Shown here: positions 49,833 through 63,331 of the stretch, piece after piece
How positions within the stretch are numbered: the stretch's first letter is position 1
Layout of the letters: the number at the start of each line of letters is the position of its first letter
DNA from: Paragordius varius
Taxonomy: Eukaryota > Animalia > Nematomorpha
NCBI GenBank assembly: GCA_964247055.1
Contig: OZ176051.1
Coordinates: 7,688,001 to 7,752,000, forward strand
DNA: 64,000 bases
Direction of reading: 5' to 3'
Position numbers and translations under genes: made by a program
The notes under the pieces: model-generated
What the model saw: the letters and a program-made list of their open reading frames with translations, nothing else
Database searches by the model: none
What the model was told of the DNA's origin: nothing

Positions 49833-52800
49833 TTATTCAATGTAATCAGGATCCAATTTAATAATTTGCCGCTTGTAGAATGCTTCCAGAGCTTTTACCA
49901 TACCATACTCATTGCTATAAGGTGTATCCTCATCAATCAATATAAAACTTACACCATTGCGACCAAAACGACCAGTCCGACCTATATAAATTGTGTGATT
50001 TAATTATAACCGTAAAAAAATACAATAAACCATAATTTTTTTGTACATATAAATGAATACAATTATGAAATGTATGATTGAATGTGTAACCAACCAGTTT
50101 AGACTTTGCTTATTTTGTTACCAAACGATATAAAAAGGATTTGAAAAATAATTTTCTATATAAAAAATATTTGTCTTTTACTATGTACTGTTACAAAAAA
50201 ACACCTAACAGGCATATTATTGGCTATATTAATTGTGGTGAATTAATCATAAAATAATTCAAGAAAGTGTAGAATCTTTTTGTGATTTATACTTGCATCC
50301 TTCCATACATATATATTTCTTTTACCCACCTATCACAGTTTTTGTTTTATTAGCTGAAACAAAAATGCGTTATTGTACTTTAAATGGAGCGAAAAAAATA
50401 AACATATAAAGAAAAATGTTATATTATAAAACGAATTCCAACCATTTACAGCCAAAGAAACAATACCTTACGTTTATTAACTATAAACTTGATATAATCA
50501 CGTTCCACTTTGGTATACATCTAAGCAAAAATAAAATTCAAAAAACTATCAATAATAAAAAAATTTACAATTAAATATAGATAACATTTTATTAATTATA
50601 TATTTTTATATCCAAAACAAGGATCGATATTCGATATTTTTGGTTATAAAAAAACAAACATTTAATAAATATATATATATATATAATCCAAATTAAAAGA
50701 AGGTTAGTCAAACCGTTTTATAATAATCCAATAAAACAAACCTATTCGATGCAAATATGTCTCATAATCTGGTTCATTTGTAGCTCTAGCCGTTTTACCT
50801 TTCCTTTGCTCATTAATATTATTTTGGTTATTTTGGTCGGCAGAAAATGTTTGTGAACTCTTATTAGTACCATAGACAGGGAAAATTGAATTTAAATTGT
50901 CGCTGGGATGATTTGTTGAGGCTGTTGTTGAGTCCATGTCAAACGCTCCCGAATTGGGGTTGTTTACAGATGGGGATTCTTGAACATCGAACTCAATATA
51001 TTTCCGGGGTGGGCTAAAATTAATGACCATACTAACATTCTCAATATCTATGCCTCGGGCCACCACATTAGTTGCAACTAAAACTCTAAAGCAAACATAA
51101 TATGATAAAGATAAAACAAAAAAAATAAAATGACTAAATTTAAAAAATTTTATATAACCAATATATACCATTTACACTTCAAATTCACCCTTAAACAATT
51201 CAAACTCACCCTTAAACAATTCAAATTCACCCTTAAACAATTCAAAATCACCCTCGAACAATCAAATTCACCCTAAAAATTAAATGTTTTTTTAAATTAA
51301 AAATTAGCTATTTTGAAAAATATTATTTTGATTTAAATTAAAAGAATACTAAAAAAATAAACAAAGCGATAAAGATATATATTAATAATGAATTAGCCCA
51401 AAAACACATAATTTATTTTTAGGATGAATTTGAGATGTTCAAGAGTGAATTGTTCAATGGTGAATTTGAATTGTAAATGGTATAGATATAATAACTATGA
51501 TAAAACATAAATACAATTTTGTCAAAAGTGTCTTGAACATTTCAAGTTGCTTAAACATTAAAGAGGCTTAAGCTTTTTAATTTTGTTTCTAACTTTTAAT
51601 TGATCAAACCATGTAACATTCATCCATCCTATCATTTTTGACCTAATATCCTTATTTAACGCAAACTTTAAATAAAATCAACTTTTTTTTATTAAAAACT
51701 GTAAAACTTTATTATTTTTCTAATAAATATTATAATATTATAATATAAATAAGGTTTTAATTAAAAAATATATAAGTTTTATGGGTTGTTTATTGTAATT
51801 TTTAGACAAAATTATTTAAAAAAATATTGTTAAATAGAAAATATTGTTAATTTTTTTTATTTAAAATACAATGTTAATTTTAAATACTAATAAATAAAAC
51901 TATTAGGTTAGAAAATAGAAATTTGCATTCAAAAATTGTGGTTATACGCAAACTTTGAAAAATTAAGGTCCAACTTGAAGGGCAGGGATACTCTTAAAGT
52001 ACAAATAGTGTATAAAATCAAAGTTTAAAACTTTCATTCTATTTTATAATGTTTGAAATATTAATTTTTACAGACATACCATTTGCATTTCAAGAGTGTC
52101 CATGAACATTTCAAGTTGGTCCTTAAAATTTATAAATTTTGATTAATTTGCGTGTATTTTTTATTTAATTATTTTTTGATTCAATTTTCTTTATTTATTA
52201 TATATTTATTCATTTAAAAATATATTTTTTTAATTCAAAAACCACTTTATTGTTTCAAACTAATTTTTTCAATTTAACAAAATAATTAACTTTAAAATGT
52301 TTTTAATAAAAAAGTGTAAATAATAACACAGATAACTTATATATTTTTTAATTACGCGTTTAAATCTTATAAATTTCCAAAATAATTTTAAGAAATTTAT
52401 AAAGTTATACGGTTTCTCAATGATTAAAAGTTGATATTGATATAAAAATAATGGTAAATAATTGAAAATAGGTTAAAAACGATAAAATAGATGAATGATA
52501 TACGATTTTATTGATAAAAGTTAAATACTAAACAAAACAAAAAAGTCATAATTAGGTTAACATGCAAAAATTATGGTCAATAACACTAGACAACAAATTT
52601 TTTCTCCACTCGAGTTTTTTGCATTTTTTGATATTTAATATCATTTTAACAGTAAATCTGAAATAAAAATTATAACTCGTTGGAAGAATTTTGTATAATT
52701 TGATTTTTTAGATTATGCGCCCTCTTTATCAAAATTTTACTAAAAAATGTTTTTCTTTGAAAGTATACAAGTAATGCCCATTTGTAATATATCATTCGAA

Positions 52801-55800
52801 AGAGTATTAAAAACTCTATAAAATGTATACTAATATGTATTACATCGACAGTTAATATTGGACACAAAGAGCGACAAACGCGCGAAGCGAGAGCATTTTT
52901 TTTAATTATAATATTTTTAAAACTACAGTATGCATTTTAATGTCTGTTAAGTAATTTTATTGCCTGCCAAATAACATAAATGGTTTATCAAAAGCGTAAA
53001 ATACTGACCCACGAAATTATTTCGTAAGTAGTACACATATGAAAGAAGATTGACGTGAGAATTAACATAGGCTTTAATTTGATGGATATTTTGTAATGTT
53101 AAATTTTGGGAATATTATAGCAATTTATATTAACATTTGTAATATTGTTGTTACGTATTTAGATGCGGAATTTTGTGGGTTTTTATCTTTGATAAATTAA
53201 TAAATAGTAAAATACGTATTTTAAGATATTATGTTAATTATTCCTAAATTTAATAATAAATATTTTTCAACATGCTAAATACCTGTATTAATTAATCTTG
53301 GCATAATATTATATAGTTGTTATTACTAATTAAAAAACACAGGTAAATATATATTTGTGAAAATTTAAGTAGATTTTTGTCTTTTATGTTTTGCATTATT
53401 TTTATCAGGTAAAAATTGCGGTTTTTAATAAATTTCCTAAAAATTAAGTTTTTTTTGTTTTTTAGGTTTTGCATTGTTAGTTGTAATTAATTACTATATA
53501 TTTTGGACATTATACTAAATAGAGGTAAAAATTGCGGTTTTTAATAAATTTACTAAAAATTTAGTTTTTTAGGTTTTGCATTGTTAATTGTAATTAACTA
53601 CTACATATTTTGGACATTTTAATAATTACAGGTAAAAATTGCGCTTTTTAACAAATTTAGTAAAAATTTTGTTTTTTTTGTTTTTTTAGGTTTTGCATTG
53701 TTAATTGTAATTAACTACTACATATTTTGGACATTTTAATAATTACAGGTAAAAATTGCGGTTTTTAACAAATTCAGTAAAAATTTAGTTTTTTTTGTTT
53801 TTTTTAGGTTTTGCATTGTTAATTGTAACTAACTACTGCATATTTTGGACATTATAATAATTACAAAATTTAGTAAAAAGTTAATTTTTTTGTTTTAGAG
53901 GATTTTCATTGTTAATTGTAATTAATTACTACATATTTGGAAATTTTAATAAATACAGGTGAAAATGGCGGTTTTTAACAAATTTCAAGTGTAACATTTT
54001 TTGTATCTTGTATCATTGTTATTTAATTAATTACTAAATATGGACATTTAAAAAACTTGTGCAAATTGCGGTTTTTATTAAATTAGTAAATTTTATTTTT
54101 TGTTCAACCTTGCTAATTTATTTATCACTATATATTTGTGATACATTGATATATACAGGTAAAAATTACTATGACTTGCGGTTTTTTGAATTTTTTAAAA
54201 TATTTTTTTTACATTGATAACTTATATAATAAATATAGTTAACATATCTGAGTAGGTAAAAATGCATGTTACGATTTTATGTTTGACATTTTATTTTCCA
54301 TCAACTATTTATATTTTAACAAACAACTTGTGTCACCAAAGATTGAAAATAAGATCAAGATATATAAAACATATTTTAAAGTATCTGAATATCGCCAAAT
54401 ATAAATAAATTTATTTAAATTATAAATGTATAATTATACAAAATATTCATATTATGTTTGAAATTAACATTCTTCTTATTGATATTAATACAGGTAATTT
54501 GTTTATATAATTGATGTACGATGCGGTGTGCGTTCATGATGATCATATGGATTGAAGAATAGTATAAGATGTAGATAATCCTGAAAATTTTAATCACCAT
54601 CATTTTTTAGGTAGATTCCATCACCTAAAATATAAGATAATTGATATATTAGAAAATTGATACCTGGAAATATTGGGGGAAACATTCATAGTTTGAAAGG
54701 AAACTCAAAAGGTTGACTTGGCTTTTTAACAACTAAATTTGCAAAAAAATATTTTCTTTATGATAAAATATTCAAAAATGATACTTTATGTTTTTTTTCG
54801 TTCTACCATCCTAAACTATAAATATGAAAAGGCTTATATGATTTCACCATACCAATGACGTCAAATAGAAAATAGAAACAAATAATTTTTTTCAAAAGCT
54901 TGGAATGCAACAGCACTCCAAAAGCAGGCAACACTAACATTGTTTGCTTTGGTGAAGAATAATTTTTTATATTTATAGTTTAGGATGGTAAAACGAAAAC
55001 GTAAAATAAGGTATCATTTTTGAATTTTTTATCAAGAAGAAAATATTTTTTTGCAAATTTAGTTGTTAAAAAGCCAAGTCAACCTTTTGAGTTCCCTTTC
55101 AAACTATGAATGTTTCCCCCAATATTTAATCCAGGTATCAATTTTCTAACATATCAATTATCTTATATTTTAGGTGATAGAATCTACCTAAAAAATGATG
55201 GTGATTAAAATTTTCAGGATTATCTACATCTTATACTATTCTTCAATCCATATGATCATCATGAACGCACACCGCATCGTACATCATTTATATAAACAAA
55301 TTACCTGTATTAATATCAATAAGAAGAATGTTAATTACAAACATAATATGAATATTTTGTATAATTATACATTTATAATTTAAATAAATTTATTTATATT
55401 TGGCGATATTCAGATACTTTAAAATATGTTTTATATATCTTGATCTTATTTTCAATCTTTGGTGACACAAGTTGTTTGTTAAAATATAAATAGTTGATGG
55501 AAAATAAAATGTCAAACATAAAACCGTAACATGCATTTTTACCTACTCAGATATGTTAACTATATTTATTATATAAGTTATCAATGTAAAAAAAATATTT
55601 TAAAAAATTCAAAAAACCGCAAGTCATAGTAATTTTTACCTGTATATATCAATGTATCACAAATATATAGTGATAAATATATTAGCAAGGTTGAACAAAA
55701 AAAAATTTACTAATTTAATAAAAACCGCAATTTACACAAGTTTTTTAAATGTCCAAAATATTTAGTAATTAATTAAATAACAATGATACAAGATACAAAA

Positions 55801-58800
55801 AATGTTACATTTGAAATTTGTTAAAAACCGCCATTTTCACCTGTATTTATCAAAATTTCCAAATATGTAGTATACAATTAACAATATTAAATAAAAAAAC
55901 AAGAAAATATTAAATTTTATTAAATATAAAAACAAACTCATTTTTTACCTTTATTAATTGAAATGTCCAAAATTAATTAATTACAATTAACAATGAAAAT
56001 CCTCTAAAACAAAAAAATTAACTTTTTACTAAATTTTGTAATTATTATAATGTCCAAAATATGTAGTAGTTAATTACAATTAACAATGCAAAACCTAAAA
56101 ATTTTTAGTAAATTTATTAAAAACCGCAATTTTTACCTCTATTTATTATAATGTCCAAAATATGTAGTAATTAATTACAACTAACAATACAAAGCCTAAA
56201 AAACAAAAAAAACTAAATTTTTAGGAAATTTATTAAAAACCGCAATTTTTACCTGATAAAAATAATGCAAAACATAAAAGACAAAAATCTACTTAAATTT
56301 TCACAAATATATATTTACCTGTGTTTTTTTAATTAGTAATAACAACTATATAAAATTATAATACCAAGATTAATTAATACAGGTATTTAGCATGTTGAAA
56401 AATATTTATTATTAAATTTAGGAATAATTAACATAAAACATCTTAAAATACGTATTTTACTATTTATTAATTTATCAAAGATAAAAACCCACAAAATTCC
56501 GCATAAATACGTAACAACAATATTACAAATGTTAACATAAATTGCTATAATATTCCCAAAATTTAACATTACAAAATATCCATCAAATTAAAGCCTATGT
56601 TAATTCTCACGTCAATCTTCTTTCATATGTGTACTACGAAATAATTTCGTGGGTCAGTATTTTACGCTTTTGATAAACCATTTATGTTATTTGGCAGGCA
56701 ATAAAATTACTTAACAGACATTAAAATGCATACTGTAATAGATGAAAATAGCTCAAACTTTGTTTAGATGGAGATGAATGTCCAAAAAAGATAACACAAG
56801 AAAGTTTTTTTTGATTAAAACATTTTTTATTGCTTTTATGTCACTCAAAACAGCCATTTTTAAGTTTTTTGTTTTTTAAAAATTACCATCTCATCAATAT
56901 TAATTTATTTTCTATACAAGGCTGATAATTTCGAAAATTTAAAAATAAAAACAAAGTTTAAGGTATTTTTGATCTTTTATAGCCATTATGTAATAAATTT
57001 ACAGTTATAACTATGCATTTTAGTATCCACTAGGTAAAATATTTATGATAATTATAATTTTTATTAAAAAAGCAAACCAAAAGCTTTTCCAAATATTTTT
57101 TTTAAATTAAATACTAATATAACCCTAATAATAATATTAAAATAATTTAAATGATTTAAAAATTAGTTTGTCTGTGAAAATTCCTGACTTATTTAAGGGT
57201 TGAAAATTTTGACCATTTAAATCCAAATAACTTTTACATCCGATGGATTTAATTGACTTACTACCATTTAAAAGATGCAGTTTTTTGCGCTCTTTCGAAT
57301 GATATAAAATACATGGCTTCATATCTAAAACTTTAAATTTATGAAATTTCGAGTTTAATGTTAAATCGGGGCCAAAAATTATCGATAAACTCTAATATAA
57401 AAAAATTCTTTCATGTAGGACCAATTTTCTTTTCAGATATACTAATTATGTACTTTAATGAAATAAATTTTAAATTTACAAGAATGGCAGTTAAAAAAAG
57501 TTAAAATTTGTTGTCTAGTGTAATAAAATAAAAAATACATGCAAAAATTATGGTTAAATCAAAATTTAAAAATTGTAAGAACCAACTTAAAGTGTTTAAA
57601 GACTAACTTGAAGTGTTTAAGAACCAATGAAGTGTTTAAGAAACAACTTAAAGTGTTCAAGAACTAACTTGAAATGTAAGGACCATGAAGTGTTCAAGGA
57701 CACTCTATTATTAATTATAGATGTCTAAATCTAAACGTAAATAGTACCTTTCATCCTTTCCCAATTTGAAGCGTTTTATGACAGCCGCTCTTTGATCGAC
57801 CGAAAGGTCTGAAGTTAACAAAGCAACTGAACCGTGACCACATCGTTCCACGAGACATTGCGTAATGGCCAAGGCCTGAGCCTTACTATCACAAAAAATG
57901 ACACATTGACCCAATGTGAAAGATCCATACAGAATGCACAATACGTAAAGTTTAGCTTGGTATATAAATTCACGTTTCCCCATGTCACGAGCTTCTTTTA
58001 TCACTAAATATATGAACATAGTGATTAATGCGTTTATATACGTTTATCCAGTCAAAAATGTAAATACTGTATGTTAATCCGATATGGATAAGATATAAAA
58101 AAAATTAAATTGGTGTAATCTATTTTCAAATCGAGAATCATTTATACTTAAACTAGTGCTGCTTACCAATTCAACCAATTCCTAAAATTTAAATTTAATA
58201 TGCAAAACAAGCGACTTACAATCAGAATTTTCTTTCAAAGCAAATGGTACACAGGGTACGTAATATTGCGTTATATTATCCAACGTTTCTTCTTCACGTT
58301 TTAACCTAAGGACTAAAGATGGTTCAGGTACAATAGTGTTTGCGAATTTCATAACATCGTTCTCATCATAGGTGGCAGAAAATAGTAAAAATTGGCATTG
58401 TTCTTTATTGAGAAATCTATCATCGCAAAGTTCACAAATAAATGAAATCGTTTCTAATAATTTCCATGTTGAGTTTTCAGTTATTTTAAACTTGGTGAAA
58501 TAAAAATACGATAGCTTTTTATTACTATAATTAATATTCGTACTATCCCACAAACTATGGAATTTAATTGATACACATACACACAATAATTTAAACCTAA
58601 TATATCGCCCTATAGAAAACAAAAACTAACTGTAATTATTGATAAATTATCGAATTTCAGTATTAACAAATTAGTTTTACGCGAGTCAACACTCCTCATT
58701 TACGAGTTAAGTTTTTATATAATACACATTACTACAACTCAAAAACATTAACATTTCAGGTAACTAGACAATTAACAAAAGATGCAACTTAATATCTTTT

Positions 58801-61800
58801 TAAATGTGCATTTTTTATACGAACAAATTAAAGTATAGTTATTGGCTTTTGAAATGTAATATTATATACAGTAGCGTATGGAGTAAAACAATATTAGTCC
58901 ATAAAAGAATAAAAAAATGTTTTTATTAAAAAACAAGCCTAGTTGTATATACACATATATATAATATCTCCTTGTTTTTTTAAACATTTTTTATTCTATT
59001 ATAAACTAATAAGGTTTTATGCCATACACTACTGTATATAATAAAGCAATAGTGTCATAAACATTATTATAGGATAAAAAACAGCATGTTTCAAAACAAT
59101 TACCTATGAATACGTATGCTAGAGTCTCTGTGCCCTTGCATATCAATCATAACGTCAGCCTCATCAAGGACAAATATTTTAATGGCACCGGGATCCAACA
59201 TTTTGTATCGAATCCAATCGACAACACTCCCAGGAGTACCCACAACAATGTGACAGTTTACGAATTTGCCTCTGGAGAGGGAGAAAAAAGAAAATATATA
59301 TCAATCATTTAATTTTTTATTATTCTCGTATCCAACAAAAATGTTTTTTAAATGAATTGTTTAGTGATCATATACAATAATATATTTTACAAACAATACA
59401 ACTATGTTAAAAGTGTACATAAAACCCGTATTAAATGATCCCTTCCTCTCAAGAAGAGCTTTTAAAACTGCTATAATGCTCACCTTCCAAATTATAAATA
59501 AGTCCCCCTATTTTCAAAAGTTATGATGTTTTGAGGATATAATCTCCAACAAACTTACTAGTTTGTGATTAATTAGAAACTAACGTAATAAACCGAAAAC
59601 AATATATTAAATATTTCGTAGATTAATATATTATATAACGAATTAACAAGAATAACATGTTAATTTTTCTCGTAAAAGGGTCATAATGCGTACTGAACTA
59701 TATATTTTTCCTCACAAAGGGTCATTATGGCAGAAAGGGGTCTCTATTGTATTCAAAATAACTTTAAAACTCAAAATTTAAAAACTAATTAAAAATACTA
59801 TAAAAAATCTTCATATTGAATGCTAATACAAAATAAATCACACACATACTTTGGATAAAATATCTCATGGTCCTCCAAATGTTCCACGTATTGTGATGTC
59901 GATTGGTTATTTAATGAAGAGCTACCAAAAAAACCACCATTTGAAACTTGTTGAGTGTCTCTATTTCCATTTCCATTATTATTATCGTTGTACATTATAA
60001 CTTTGGTGGAAGAGGGGAATGGATTAAATTGTTGTGATTGTTGGTCATCGGTTATACCAGAGCTAAAATTATTATTATCATTGCTATTCTGCTGGGAATT
60101 GAATGTGGATAAACGCTTTTTCTTAACGGCGTAAGCTATACTAAGCCCGGGTACGAATTGACCCATACGTTTTATAACTTGACCAATTTGAAGGGCAAGT
60201 TCATACGTGGGTGCTAGTATAAGAGCTTGGGCACATTCGGGTGGCCGTGAATAATCCAATTTTTGCAGGACGCCAAGGGCAAATGCTGCCGTTTTCCCTG
60301 TCCCACTTTGTGATTGAGCTAAGAGAGAAATATAAGTTCGATAAACGACAGTAAAACTTTTTGCATGTGTAAGAAACAAATTTTATAAAATTATATTCAA
60401 AAATCAAATATCATTGGTCGCCATAAAAAACGCACAGAAAGATAATTCTAAAATGGTATAATAAAAAGGTTAGCATGTTTGCTTGATTTGTGCAAAAAAA
60501 TCGTCTTTGTCAAATTATACAATTTTTTCACAAAAGACACAAAAATGGGTAATTTTCCAACTAAGCAACGGGTAAAATGTAATATAAATGTATAAAACAC
60601 TGTTTTGGCCTATTACAGTAGCGTATGTCATAAAAAAAGTTTGACCATATATAATAAACAAAATTAATGTTAAAACATAGAAAAAAATTTTTTAATTTTA
60701 ACAATTTGTTGTTTGATACCATACGATACTACTGTAAAATGGCAGTGAAATATATAACAATATAAGAGAGTAAAAAACCTATCAAATTTGTTTGTTGTGT
60801 TTGTGAACCCAAAATTAGTGGTAAAGCGACCTCTTGTATCTTGGATGGTTTGGTGAAACCCATGTTATAGATCCCCTTCAATAATTCAGGAGATAAATGG
60901 AGACTCTCAAAATTGGATACAGAGTGTAAAGGGTGATGTATATCATTCCGTAAAACTTCAACACTACATGCAAATATATAAATTATTATGATATGAAAAT
61001 GAAATGATTTTAATTTCTTATACTAATAGATTAATTGATATTGGTCAAAAATGTTTTAAACTGATAATTACCTAACAAATATTATTGCCATTTTTATTAA
61101 AAGTATGTCTCTAGATTTGAATTAAACACCTTAAAATGGATTCGGTTTATTTGAAAAAATATCATATACGACACAATCCGAACTCAGTTTATTTTCAATT
61201 TAATGTTCGTTTATCATTATTAAAAGTTAAATTAAAATTTGTTAAATAAATAAATGTTGTATACAGTAGCGTATGCAGTAAAAGATTGTTAGTGCAAAAT
61301 AATCTTAATGAGGGGGATATTATGGATATGTTTATAAATAGGACTGAATGATAATTAATATATGAAAATTGTCCCCCTGTTTTGTGTTCATTAAGATTAT
61401 TTTGCACTAACAATCTTTTACTGCATACGCTACTGTATATTATCATGTATGGGAGTAACATACACATGTTACGGATGTCATAATTTATATTACCCTCTAA
61501 ACATTAGTTTACCGACAAAAGAACGTAATAAATCAAACTGTGCATTAAAAATTCATCAATTATACATTAAACAAGAAATATTTTTACCACGCATGTTTTA
61601 TATTTTTTAATCTTTGTAACAACACCAAATGACAAACTAACATTGCAATCTATTAATTAAAATTTTTTTTAACTTTGCTCAATTTTTATCGAACATTTAT
61701 GTTTAATTGCTTTATAATAGGTCCGCGTTTTATAGGGAAATAAAAATTTTTTATAAACACTTGTAAATATTAATGTATTAATGATAAGTTAGATGTTATG

Positions 61801-62931
61801 GATTAATTTAAAAATCTAAATTTCTGTTACAATTGATCAAAAACAATAAATATGGGCTTTGAAAGTTTCTTTTTTAATTTTAGACAAACAACATTTATTC
61901 ATAATTGGACAAAACCATAAGTAATAAATTCATAGACTTTAAGACTACCAATTCCGAGATATGTCGCCTTATATTGTTAATACGATCCGTTTGAATTAGT
62001 ATGGGGGCAAAAATACAGAAAATGATTTTTTTAACCAATCAGAAGTGGAAACGATTGATAATTAGAATTGTAAAAACCCCGATTCAAATGTATTTTAATT
62101 TTAAGACTTAAAGCAAGGGGGGGGGGGCAAGTCACATGGCTCACGAGCCACATTTTTGACTCAAATTAGGCAGGCCTCATACAAACAATATAAATATATG
62201 ATATTGACATAAATATTAATTAAAGTCTTGGGACAAATATGCCACTAATATTTTACATTGTTACAACTATTTCGTCAAAATTAAGAAGTCGTATTATTAG
62301 CTCTACCGACATATATTTTAATTCAAACACAGTATTTTATAATTGAAAATTAATTCTTCTTACGGTTTTTGTCAGATATACTTTTTATGCAAGTTTTCTT
62401 TTTGTAAAATGTAATTTTCAGATTAAAATCTAGGACAAAATTGTGGACACTATACCGCATGATTCTCATAAAATACAGGAGTTAATGTGGTAAAAATTAC
62501 TTATTCGAAGGATCTAGGAGTTTGTCCCTAAGTAACTTGGCTAAAAATGAACTTTCACCTTTATTCATAACTGTTTCCTGAGCAACTCCGAAATCGGTGT
62601 ACTTTTTATCTGTCAAATTAGCATTAGGGTTTTCTTTCATAATGCCCATACAAGATCCAGCTAATTGTTTTTTAATAAAATCATAATTGACTATTGATGA
62701 TGGATTTGAACGCAACGGAACGTTGAACGAATTACAATTTTTTTCCAATTCCTGGATGCTATTAACATTTTTGGTCCCGATAATTTGATTAGAATGTTGA
62801 GCATTGATAAGAGATTGTTTTAAAATATCAACAGCATTGGCATTATAAATATTTTCGTTATTTTGCAATGAAGCACGTTTGAATTCGGGACTTTCGAAAA
62901 AAGTTTTTAAAAAAGATGGGTCGGTGGCCAT
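49833..62931 (-). CDS. DDX19: DEAD-box RNA helicase DDX19/DDX25 (Dbp5), ~732 aa
   Basis: Exons (minus): 62931-62501, 60963-60779, 60318-59850, 59271-59104, 58416-58220, 58003-57748, 51085-50742, 49981-49833. Phases 2,1,2,2,1,2,1; total 2199 nt. Motifs: [87 protein letters not shown]. Confidence 0.95.
51162..51484. mobile_element. MITE (TATATACCATTTACA family) with an internal 21-bp tandem repeat
   Basis: Inverted ends tataccatttaca / tgtaaatggtata. About 4.5 copies of caaattcacccttaaacaatt at ~51180-51275, with inverted counterparts at ~51425-51470. Confidence 0.7.
52926..56735. mobile_element. 3.8-kb foldback element: two ~1.8-1.9-kb inverted arms, ~130-bp spacer, CAGT termini and TA flanks (Tc1/mariner-type ends)
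   Basis: TA|CAGTATGCATTTTAATGTCTGTTAAG.. at 52924 mirrors ..CTTAACAGACATTAAAATGCATACTG|TA ending at 56737. The arms remain complementary inward to ~54830 and ~54963. The mirror ORFs 54415-54603(-) and 55195-55383(+) differ at only 2 of 62 residues. Confidence 0.92.
53405..54200 (+). repeat. Tandem array of ~110-117-bp units inside the left foldback arm (mirrored at ~55600-56255)
   Basis: The unit caggtaaaaattgcggtttttaa..aggttttgcattgttaattgtaattaactac..ttttggacatt recurs at ~53405, 53522, 53630, 53746, 53955, 54058 and 54156. Confidence 0.85.
57578..57705 (+). repeat. Short tandem array of ~19-22-bp units (gaaccaactt(a/g)aagtgtt)
   Basis: About six degenerate units. Reverse-complement relatives lie at ~51528-51550 and ~52092-52125. 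Confidence 0.65.
58869..59034. mobile_element. CAGTAGCGTATG-family MITE (TA flanks)
   Basis: TA|cagtagcgtatgg..ccatacactactg|TA. Confidence 0.7.
60616..60734. mobile_element. CAGTAGCGTATG-family MITE (TA flanks)
   Basis: TA|cagtagcgtatg..catacgatactactg|TA. Confidence 0.65.
61264..61435. mobile_element. CAGTAGCGTATG-family MITE, 172 bp, perfect 48-bp TIRs, TA flanks
   Basis: cagtagcgtatgcagtaaaagattgttagtgcaaaataatcttaatga and its exact reverse complement at the right end, each flanked by TA. Confidence 0.88.
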
Positions 62932-63331
62932 GAGAAAAAAATAACATATGTTGTAATTTATTTAACCCTTGGTGGCAAATTAAAATATTTTCGGGATTTT
63001 TGGAGCCCCAAGAGATTTTTACGACCAATATTGAAGATAAATATAAAAATGGTTGAAATAAATTACTAACCAGACATATATTATATATTTTATTTATATT
63101 TTAGAATAAGGGTTTCGATTTAACACACGGTATATCCCAAACATTTAATCATTTAGTATTATTTTTTACATATAATATTTTCTCGAGTAATCTATTGATT
63201 TTAATTAATTTTAATGTTTATGTTGGGTGATATAAAATATACTAATTAATGCTTTATTCTTTTTAAATTATTATATAGGGGATACATTTTGAGGCGTTTT
63301 TATCCTAAAGACATGCATTAATTTTTATTAA

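Noticed and set aside
53405-54200. Regularly spaced repeats resembling a CRISPR array
   Set aside because: The units are whole ~115-bp tandem copies without unique spacers, there are no cas genes, and the context is a eukaryotic intron.
54415-55383. Duplicated 62-aa ORFs on opposite strands as a gene pair
   Set aside because: They are mirror images produced by the foldback arms, with AT-biased composition and no domain.
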